Part shown: positions 1-7,649 of the stretch, one piece after another
Layout of the letters: each line of letters begins with the position of its first letter
How positions within the stretch are numbered: position 1 is the first letter of the stretch
Source of the DNA: an uncultured virus (IMG/VR IMGVR_UViG_2871731064_000001)
Taxonomy: Duplodnaviria > Heunggongvirae > Uroviricota > Caudoviricetes
Virus record (IMG/VR): IMGVR_UViG_2871731064_000001
Direction: 5' to 3' (one strand)
Length of the DNA stretch: 64,000 bases
Notes under the pieces: model-generated
Told to the model about the DNA's origin: nothing
The model's database searches: none
What the model saw: only the letters and a program-made list of their open reading frames with translations
Made by a program: the position numbers and the translations under genes

Positions 1-439
1 ACACCGGCAGGCCGTCACCGGGCTGGTGGATGGGGTACAGTCGGTTGATGGTCTCGATCAGCAGGCAATCGCCGCGCTGCAGGATGCTATCAAGCTGGTG
101 CGCCAGGCTAAAGATAGCGGACAGGCCATACAGGAAGTACTGGCACAGCAGGGGTTGTTTGAGGAATCCAGCAAAGAGGCCGAAGCACTGGCGCTGTTTA
201 TCGTGGCAAACAACCGCAGTGCGAAACGTATCGGGGCCGCGTTTAAAAAAATGGCGCAGAAGATCAACGACGAGCTTTTACACCAGCAGCAGGCGCTGGG
301 AGACATGTTCGGGGGCGGTGAGCTGACGCTGACCGACGTTCTTACCGCTGTATCTGGGGAGATTGAAGAGGAATTTGGTGAAGGCAGGGGGATTAACTTC
401 TCTATATTTGAGAGTTCTGAATCTGAAAAACCTGAGTGA
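1..439 (+). CDS. ddrB: C-terminal part of a DdrB-like protein (P1 dar operon), truncated by the window edge
   Basis: Open frame from the window start; helical C-terminus (…NNRSAKRIG…QQALGDMFGG…) resembles the end of P1 DdrB as I recall it; P1-like context. Confidence 0.55.
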   Translation, partial: HRQAVTGLVDGVQSVDGLDQQAIAALQDAIKLVRQAKDSGQAIQEVLAQQGLFEESSKEAEALALFIVANNRSAKRIGAAFKKMAQKINDELLHQQQALGDMFGGGELTLTDVLTAVSGEIEEEFGEGRGINFSIFESSESEKPE

Positions 440-450
440 TGATTGACAAG

Positions 451-475
451 AAAGGGCTATATGAATAGCCCTTTT
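451..475. terminator. Bidirectional intrinsic terminator
   Basis: AAAGGGCTAT-ATGA-ATAGCCCTTTT hairpin between convergent genes. Confidence 0.7.
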
Positions 476-500
476 AATATGGTCAATAGCTTTTTTTACT

Positions 501-935
501 TCAGTTACGTTTCTTGCGCTTTGCTAATTTTAAATATTTTCTGGCAAAGATCCTGAAACCAAAAATTCCCGACAAAATTTCAACAACGATGTGCAAAATT
601 AAGGCTGCTGGAGGGAAATGAAAGTATGTCTCAATAAATTGACCTAGCATTTCAAAAAAGAAAAGAAAACCGACGAAAGCGAACATCCATGAAGCATGTA
701 ATCTAGGGAAGAGATATTTTACCCACAAGGTGTGACCCATCAGGAAAACCATAATGAAAACAGATAGTTTTCCTTCAAAAAAACCTTTGTATGCCTTATC
801 CGCAGCGTGAGAAGCATCATTTAGAACAATTAAAATGGTTCCTCCAAAAAAAATGATTACAAAAGCTCTCCATAAGTATTTGAAAATCTCACTACCGCTT
901 TCGACATGTGTTTCCTGCAATTTCTTATCGTCCAC
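501..935 (-). CDS. AT-rich membrane protein with about 4 TM segments, function unknown
   Basis: 144-aa ORF with four hydrophobic segments and a basic C-terminus; AAGGA RBS upstream of GTG; much lower GC than its neighbours. Confidence 0.7.
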   Translation of the reverse strand: MDDKKLQETHVESGSEIFKYLWRAFVIIFFGGTILIVLNDASHAADKAYKGFFEGKLSVFIMVFLMGHTLWVKYLFPRLHASWMFAFVGFLFFFEMLGQFIETYFHFPPAALILHIVVEILSGIFGFRIFARKYLKLAKRKKRN

Positions 936-998
936 ATTTCATCCTTACAAATGTTAGAAAACATTAAAAACGCTAACACTTATAAAATATAACGCTGG

Positions 999-1019
999 AA
1001 ATTACAAACTCCATACAGT
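999..1019 (+). promoter_or_regulatory. Putative Lpa-dependent late promoter
   Basis: AAATTACA-N7-TACAGT; the same motif and spacing occur upstream of four other late genes. Confidence 0.7.
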
Positions 1020-1053
1020 CCGGCTCTTCATCAATATAGAGAGCGGAACCACC

Positions 1054-1545
1054 ATGGACCAATCCCCGAACCGTAAAGCCTTTGGCGACATGCTGGCCTT
1101 TTCCGAAGGCACAAGCACACACCCATTAACCCGCATGAATGGCTATGACGTCATTGTGACAGGGCTGGGCGAAAAGCAGGGCGAAGTCTTTACCGACTTC
1201 AGCGATCACCCGTTTACACATCGCCGCGCAAAAGAGCTTAACAGCCATGGCTTGGCATCCACTGCAGCGGGCCGTTATCAGCAGCTTTACCGCTACTGGC
1301 CTGCCTACAAAAAACAGCTGAACCTGCCTGATTTTAGTCCTGCCTCACAAGAGCGCTTACTCGATCAGCTGCTGAAAGAGCAGGGTGCCTATGCGGACGT
1401 ACTGGCCGGACGTATCCGCACGGCAATTGGTAAAACTAACGATATCTGGGCCTCACTGACAGGATCGCCGTATGGTCAGAAAACGCATGCCATTGAGACG
1501 CTACTCAATGCCTACCAGAAAGCCGGAGGTATAATTACCGACTAA
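1054..1545 (+). CDS. Endolysin, lambda R-type lytic transglycosylase
   Basis: RKAFGDMLAFSEGT, GYDVIV, STAAGRYQ, DFSPASQ and IWASL motifs match lambda R. Confidence 0.92.
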   Translation: MDQSPNRKAFGDMLAFSEGTSTHPLTRMNGYDVIVTGLGEKQGEVFTDFSDHPFTHRRAKELNSHGLASTAAGRYQQLYRYWPAYKKQLNLPDFSPASQERLLDQLLKEQGAYADVLAGRIRTAIGKTNDIWASLTGSPYGQKTHAIETLLNAYQKAGGIITD

Positions 1546-2435
1546 CAGCCGCGCCAGCCTTCAGGGATCGCATAGTCCACGTTTGAGTAGTCGCCGCTTA
1601 ACGAGTCAACATAGCGGCGGCTTTTTGGGCTTCGATCACCAGTGGACTTAGTTTTAAAACTGGACTTTAGCAACTGATACGCTTCATGCAGTATTCCGCC
1701 TTTGCGCTGAAATTCTTCTGCGCGCCGTTCGTTCTGTGCAGCTGACGATGCGGCTGCCAATTGCTTCTGTGTATTCTGGTAAAAACCAAACTTTTTAGCA
1801 GGCGCTGACGTCTCAGGCTTGTCTGTAGTCATTTCCAGCGTGTCAGAATTTGATTGTTCCCCATTTAGTATTTTTCTTTTACTGAAGTGATCTCTTACTT
1901 CTTGTTGGTCACTTTGACCAGGGGGGGGCTGTTCATTTTGACTAGGGGTGGCGTGGAGAAAATCGTTTTTAAAGAATACTTTAGCAACAATTTTCCTTAC
2001 AATAGTTTGACGTCCTGAAGGCTCCAGATTGGCCTCTTTCAGTGCATCCAGACTTGCACGAACAAACGACAGCGCTTTGCTGGTGAATGTGTATTTACTG
2101 GGCTTGCTGACGCTATGATTTTTAACGTCTCGCTGTTCTTCATAGCTGAGGATACCCAGCTTGACGGCTAAGCGATAAGCGCGCTGAACGGTAGAGATAC
2201 TGCACCCTGCATCTTCAGCCAGATTTCTGAGTGACTTAACGATGATGAAGTCAGACGTTGAACCAGCCAGGTTGCAGGCAAATTTTAAAACGCGTGTGAG
2301 TGATTTTGGTAGTGGGGAAAGTTCAATTATATGAGTGAGATTGAAGCCTGAAATTCGGATAGATCTGTGTTCGTTATTTGAGCGATGTGCGGGAAATGTG
2401 TTGCCGGGATCGGCGCTATTAGATACTATAGGCAC
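1542..2435 (-). CDS. repL: Lytic replication initiator RepL
   Basis: ACNLAGSTS…GCSISTVQRAYRLAVKLGILS HTH region and C-terminal IPEGWRG match P1 RepL. Confidence 0.88.
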   Translation of the reverse strand: MPIVSNSADPGNTFPAHRSNNEHRSIRISGFNLTHIIELSPLPKSLTRVLKFACNLAGSTSDFIIVKSLRNLAEDAGCSISTVQRAYRLAVKLGILSYEEQRDVKNHSVSKPSKYTFTSKALSFVRASLDALKEANLEPSGRQTIVRKIVAKVFFKNDFLHATPSQNEQPPPGQSDQQEVRDHFSKRKILNGEQSNSDTLEMTTDKPETSAPAKKFGFYQNTQKQLAAASSAAQNERRAEEFQRKGGILHEAYQLLKSSFKTKSTGDRSPKSRRYVDSLSGDYSNVDYAIPEGWRGC

Positions 2436-2697
2436 GTCTTTTGTTCCTAATTGTTCGGCACAGAGACACGTCTCAGTTCCTTTTTAGGTCGGGAACTAAG
2501 GCACGTTGTCATCCACGAGACACAAGGTGCAATGCCTGCGTCACAGTGGTTTAAATGGCAACTTCCTGTCAAAGAAGCTGTTCGGCACAACGCCGGTGTG
2601 GTCCGTGAAACCACGCAAAGTTGTTGAAAATCGTCTGCGCTAACAGGCGATTTTTTTTCGTCCTCTCATTCAGTCGCTAAACTGAATTTGAGCGCGG

Positions 2698-2726
2698 ATG
2701 ATAAACGCGATCCGAAAAAGGATCAA
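2698..2726 (-). promoter_or_regulatory. Sigma70-like promoter for repL with a long leader
   Basis: TTGATC-N17-TATCAT on the minus strand, about 260 nt upstream of the repL start. Confidence 0.55.
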
Positions 2727-2803
2727 CACTCAGTTTTTTCCTAATTTTTAGTTTTGACTAAAACGTGCCCCAGTTTTTAGGGCACGGTTTTCTTCTTGCC
2801 TTA

Positions 2804-3805
2804 TTATTTTGGGTTAATCCATAGCAGTGGTGTTGAGTCCACAGCTGGCGGGCGCGTTTGTGGTAATGTGTGCTGGTGGGCTGATCCGATTGGCAGTGTT
2901 GCCGTCGCATTTGTGCCGATTGATTCCAGCATTGCAGCGACAATCTGCGCATCTTCAGGCGTATCCATACGGCATAATGCCGCCTGCTGGGCTTTACTTA
3001 AAAACAGCGGCATGTTAGCCAGCGCATCCTTCATAATCCGGCGTCGCGCCTTTGCCACGGTGCCTGCACTCTCGATCATCAGCTGCGCGCTGCGCAGACG
3101 TTCCTCCAGCTCCAGACGCTTGCCGTGCTCGATGTGGAGCGCCGATTCCAGCAGCGAAGAATCCGCAGATTCCAGCATGGCCGTCTGGCTACGCAGGGTT
3201 TCAAAGTGCTGGATAATGTCAGCCGCCTGATTTTCTGAATACCCCTTTTCCATTAGCCCCGCGTGAATGGCGTCGGCGCGTTCATTGGCCGATTCCAGCA
3301 GCAGTGCAGGGTGATCCTGGCTGATATAGTTCGGATTGGTCACGTAGTCGAAGCCGTGAAAGCTGGTCACTTTTGAAATGGCGTTATCGTCGCCGCCAGT
3401 CGCCCAAGACCAGCCACCAGCGCGGGAACGGTTCATGCCGTCAACGATGTTGCCAGGCTCGGTGTCCAGAATCTCCTGAACGTGAGTCACGATGCCGTTA
3501 TCATCCACGCTGGCCTCCAGCGTACGGTTTGATGGTACGTTTTCCAGCGTGACCGGCTTACCGTCAATCATGACGACTGCAAATTCCGGCAGGTTTAGCC
3601 GTCCGGTCTTCGCGTAATAGGCGGCGCGACGTCCGTGGCCGTAATAGCCGAACATTTCTCCCAGCTGAATGCGCTCCTGAGTTTCGGGGCTGGCGAACGT
3701 TTCGCGCACCGATCGCAGCAGGTAATTGCGGTCATTCTGTGGAGTAAAGCGGCGGATTTTATCAATCAGGGAAAAACGATCCGTTACCGTGCGGAGTGCT
3801 TCCAT
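2804..3805 (-). CDS. pro: Head-processing protease, P1 Pro-like
   Basis: GYYGHGRR, H(V)QEILDTEPG and GGWSWATGG…GFDYV..PNY motifs; GAGG RBS; near prt. Confidence 0.8.
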   Translation of the reverse strand: MEALRTVTDRFSLIDKIRRFTPQNDRNYLLRSVRETFASPETQERIQLGEMFGYYGHGRRAAYYAKTGRLNLPEFAVVMIDGKPVTLENVPSNRTLEASVDDNGIVTHVQEILDTEPGNIVDGMNRSRAGGWSWATGGDDNAISKVTSFHGFDYVTNPNYISQDHPALLLESANERADAIHAGLMEKGYSENQAADIIQHFETLRSQTAMLESADSSLLESALHIEHGKRLELEERLRSAQLMIESAGTVAKARRRIMKDALANMPLFLSKAQQAALCRMDTPEDAQIVAAMLESIGTNATATLPIGSAHQHTLPQTRPPAVDSTPLLWINPK

Positions 3806-3875
3806 AACTTCCTCTTAATTACTATGGGATGCCCCGTAAAGCGGCGGCAGTGCTGGCGGTTGCCTGCACGAAAGG

Positions 3876-3896
3876 ATGGTAGAAAGGTTGTAATTT
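3876..3896 (-). promoter_or_regulatory. Putative late promoter for pro
   Basis: AAATTACA-N7-TACCAT on the minus strand. Confidence 0.7.
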
Positions 3897-4103
3897 ATGG
3901 GGTTAGTGATTCTTTAATAATGGCTGGATCTATTGACCAGTGGATAATTTCACATAAGACATATTGAATTTATCAGCACGGTGGCTATAGTGTGCGCGCC
4001 GCTGAAGAGATCCAGCGGCCAGGCTTGGAACCCTGAAAAAGCATGAGAACTGGCACATTGTGCCTTCGGCGCTACCACGTCCGGATTACTCCGGGCGTAT
4101 CTA

Positions 4104-4181
4104 TGGTGGCGTTGGTGGGGCTACCTTCGGGTAGGCCGGTTTTCTTGTGCACCGGTAGTTCCAACCCTGTCAACGTCACCA
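4104..4181 (+). ncRNA. c4: c4-family antisense RNA (P1 c4 / P4 CI type)
   Basis: Closing stem 4104-4120/4165-4181, CTACC-TTCG-GGTAG hairpin, CCGGT-loop-ACCGG hairpin and unpaired GTTCCAA; complementary TTGGAAC and GCACAAGGA/GCATGAGAA sites lie both upstream and downstream. Confidence 0.85.
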
Positions 4182-4235
4182 CCCGGAGATTGGAACCTCC
4201 TGTAGTGACGCTTCTTTTCGCACAAGGAGCATTTC

Positions 4236-4493
4236 ATGCCTGACATCCCCGACACGCCACCCCCGGCGACACTACTGTTTGAGCGTGCTATGACCGCTAT
4301 CAGCCAGACTGAAAGCGTCATCTGCCGTCGTGCCAAATGGGGTAATACACCCGTTCACGTTTTTACTCAGAATGACGCTGACAGCCAGAAGACATTTATC
4401 GTCATGGGTGAAACGGGCGCGCTATTTTTCTATGATCCTACGCCTGAAGATATTCTATCGTCAGACTGGCAGGTCATTTCGCTGCTACACTGA
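4236..4493 (+). CDS. DUF2829/Tad2-like (Thoeris anti-defence 2-like) small protein
   Basis: F-x-x-A-M…RRAKW…YDPTPEDILSSDWQVI fits the Tad2/DUF2829 pattern; AGGAG RBS. Confidence 0.7.
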   Translation: MPDIPDTPPPATLLFERAMTAISQTESVICRRAKWGNTPVHVFTQNDADSQKTFIVMGETGALFFYDPTPEDILSSDWQVISLLH

Positions 4494-4717
4494 ATCGGCA
4501 ATTTTTCATAGTGTCGCAAATTAGAGCTGATTCAGGTTTCAGCGGTTAATTCAGTTTAAATAACTCCGCTTGCCAGATCGTCTCTTTCGGGCGTATATAT
4601 GTCAGTACCAGGCTGAATATATAGTAGTGTCTGCCCGCAATTTAAGATTAATAATAAGAATCAATATCACTATCCTTTTCCTGTATAATCAGGATCATCC
4701 TTGCTTAAGGAATTAAC

Positions 4718-5188
4718 ATGTTAAAAGCAAAGAAATACTACGTGTCTTTTCATTATGAAAGCGGCACGCTGCTGCACCGGGAAGGCTGTAACTTACTCCC
4801 GAAATCGCCTGAAAGCCGGACTTTTATCGGCACCCTCTATACGTCGCAGCAGGCAATGACAGTAGCGGTGGTACATCATCGTAATACTGAACACTGCCCG
4901 GTATGTCTCAAGAAACAGAACCCCGAACAGGCTGATGCCCGTAAAGAGCAGTTCGCAAGCCTCAGCCAGAAACGGCGCACCGTAAATACAAAGAGACCTG
5001 TGTCTAAAGCAAAACCGGAGGTAGTGATAGCGACACAGAAATGCCAGTCCGATGGGGGGGCAAAAGTTATGCCAGCAGCAGCCGTAATGAAGAGCGCAAT
5101 GGCTCAGCCGCAGCACGGCCCGCAGCAGGTTGTGAGAATTAAAAAAGGTGTTGAAGCTGTTGCTGTGCAGCACTTTGTTTACAGTTAG
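4718..5188 (+). CDS. Hypothetical protein with an N-terminal His/Cys metal-binding domain and a Lys-rich tail
   Basis: HREGC…HCPVC; AAGGA RBS; TATAAT upstream. Confidence 0.65.
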   Translation: MLKAKKYYVSFHYESGTLLHREGCNLLPKSPESRTFIGTLYTSQQAMTVAVVHHRNTEHCPVCLKKQNPEQADARKEQFASLSQKRRTVNTKRPVSKAKPEVVIATQKCQSDGGAKVMPAAAVMKSAMAQPQHGPQQVVRIKKGVEAVAVQHFVYS

Positions 5189-5872
5189 CCTGATTAGCTG
5201 CATCTGATACCACAAAAACAGTCTCCTGATAACTGGCTGTCTGTTACCGCATGAAGGCTTACCTGCGTGCGGTTTTTTTTCCTGCAATTAATACGTTAAC
5301 AAGTATTCATGTAATAACGCTTATTAATAATCAGCGTGATTTACTAAGCCAGTAATAGTCATTTTAATTATCCGGGCAAAATTACCTCTTGTTTTGTCCA
5401 TGGAAATTAGATAACACCGGGAAGTACAACCTTGTAAGGCTTAACTCTATATGGTTTTTTTGGTCTGGCATTATTCTCAAAAATTATGCTGAATTGGCTA
5501 TATATTTATGAAGTGAAAATTTAAATTCAGTCACTTACATGTTGCTGAATGGTGAGGTTTTAAACAACGCGATTAATAATTAGTGCAGGGTAAATCTATA
5601 GTTCGTTAAAAAATGTTTTTAAAAGTAAAACTAAAATGCTAAGTTTTGTTAACGCAGACGGGCTAATGTGAAAAAGGTTGTTATATAAATTTTACATACA
5701 TTCATCTGTCGCTATTACGGGTTATGGATAGCCATGAATAGTACCAATTCCGAATGATAATTTCGTTACGCACAGCACCTCTGTTTTTGTCATCCAGGTA
5801 TATCCGCATTGATAAGATTTTTATCAACCGCACACCCCCTGAAAGTGGCGTGCGGCCTTTTTTTATTGGTTG

Positions 5873-7570
5873 TCAGCTGCCGGGTGTCGTCACGTAACGC
5901 GCAAATGCCACCAGCTCTTCATGCGTCCAGCTGGCCGGATCGGAGCCGTCAGGCGCGGATTCATTCATCATTCCGCTGCCGCCTTCATCCTCCTGCGCAT
6001 CCGCTTTCTTCCTGCTCTTCTCAAATTCCGCCAGCATCTTGTCGAGCGTGCCGCCGTCCATTTTCAGCTGATCGCTGAACAGGTAGCGCATGAACGTGTC
6101 ATTTTCCGCCAGCTTGTTGTTGGCCTGTAGCGCGTCCATGACCTGCACCATAAGGGTAATGAAGTTGGCGCGGGCGTCCATTTCGCGGCTTTCTTCTTCC
6201 TGAATGGCGGTGTTCATGGAGTTAAACTGCACGACATAGGGCCGATCGTTAACCGGGTACACCTTGCCGTATTTGAACGCCAGGTGAATGTCGATCAGTC
6301 GGTAAATCATTTCCTGCGCACCCTGTCGCAGCCACTGCGCCCGGAGTGCCGCCTGAATGGCCGTCTGAATCCAGCCGCCTTCACCCAGTCCGCCAGCCAT
6401 CTGATCGGCCCAGCCCAGCATAGTTGAGTCTATACCGAGCGCGGCGCACAGCTGGCGCAGGTGAAACATCACGTCCTCAATGCCGGTAATGTCGGCGGGT
6501 ATCGACTGCGTATCAATCGTAATACCGTTTTTACCATCACCCATCACCGGGATCACATGGTTCATCACGGTTGGCATGGTGTTACCGTTCACGGCTTTTT
6601 TCTGAAGCGCTTCGCCATGGCGCTTAAGCGTCTGCGATACGGTGCGGGTATAGTTCGCGCCTACAACCGGATCGAGTGAGTTGGTAGTCAGGGCAATCAG
6701 GCGGTCAATTTTTGCGGCATTATAGCGCGTTGCCTTCAGCGCATTCAGCGCGCCGACCAGGTTCAGGAAGGGTTCATAGGCATGCGCCAGGAAGCTGGTG
6801 CCATAGTTCTGCGTCTCCGCAACCTCCTTATCTTCTTCCTCCGACAGCAGAGAGTAACCGCGATTCCCGGACGTCACAGGCTGAACGTTGCGCGTGGGCG
6901 TCCAGTACGGATTTTTCATCGGGACCAGTGACCACGGCGTAGACAGTGTGCGGGTATGGGTATCAGGTGCCAGCACGTAATCACCGCCAAAACCCACCAG
7001 CTGATCGCCTTTATAAAACTCTTGAATGAAGTAGGGCAGCGAGTAATAGCTATTTTCCAGACTGGTGATCCCCTTGCCGGTACGGGCATAGGGGCGGACA
7101 TAGGAGACGCCGAAAATCGCCATGGTCATAGCCAGCGACGGCAGATGCCGGTTAATCATCGCGCCGAGATCGTCCTGCAATTCTTTAGCCCGCGCCGTGC
7201 CTTCTGCGTCAGACGGATCAACCGGCACGATAGAGAACGCCAGACCGGTTTTTTTGTCCGGCGCGAGTGCGTGGCCAATGTGGATATTCAGTGCGGCTGA
7301 GCACGTCGGGCTGTTAGCCATTTCCTCCAGAATCGCATAGCGCTGCAGCCGGTCCAGTGGCAGCTCCGCGCCCAGGTAAAGACTGTCGCCGGCAGAGGTC
7401 ATTTCCCCCGCCTTCCCCTCGTTGTATGCCATTGCCGCCAGCCCGGAGCGAGAGACAACCACGTTTTGCCCGTTAGTCCAGGCGAGGCTTTGCGGTGCAT
7501 CTGCTGCAGCGCCCCGGAATGCCTGCCTCAGTGCGCCTAAAACAGACAATGCCTTTTTTTTAGTAGCCAA
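5873..7570 (-). CDS. prt: Portal protein
   Basis: 565 aa, divergent from darB and upstream of pro as in P1; GGLGEGG motif. Confidence 0.8.
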   Translation of the reverse strand: MATKKKALSVLGALRQAFRGAAADAPQSLAWTNGQNVVVSRSGLAAMAYNEGKAGEMTSAGDSLYLGAELPLDRLQRYAILEEMANSPTCSAALNIHIGHALAPDKKTGLAFSIVPVDPSDAEGTARAKELQDDLGAMINRHLPSLAMTMAIFGVSYVRPYARTGKGITSLENSYYSLPYFIQEFYKGDQLVGFGGDYVLAPDTHTRTLSTPWSLVPMKNPYWTPTRNVQPVTSGNRGYSLLSEEEDKEVAETQNYGTSFLAHAYEPFLNLVGALNALKATRYNAAKIDRLIALTTNSLDPVVGANYTRTVSQTLKRHGEALQKKAVNGNTMPTVMNHVIPVMGDGKNGITIDTQSIPADITGIEDVMFHLRQLCAALGIDSTMLGWADQMAGGLGEGGWIQTAIQAALRAQWLRQGAQEMIYRLIDIHLAFKYGKVYPVNDRPYVVQFNSMNTAIQEEESREMDARANFITLMVQVMDALQANNKLAENDTFMRYLFSDQLKMDGGTLDKMLAEFEKSRKKADAQEDEGGSGMMNESAPDGSDPASWTHEELVAFARYVTTPGS

Positions 7571-7649
7571 AGTTATACGCCCTATTTAATAAACCTTTAG
7601 AATCAAATAAAGCATATTCGCTTTATGCAATCTGAGGGAAAGTTACACA

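Noticed and set aside
4043..4243. 66-aa ORF across the c4 cassette
   Set aside because: Overlaps the structured RNA; most likely a by-product of RNA conservation
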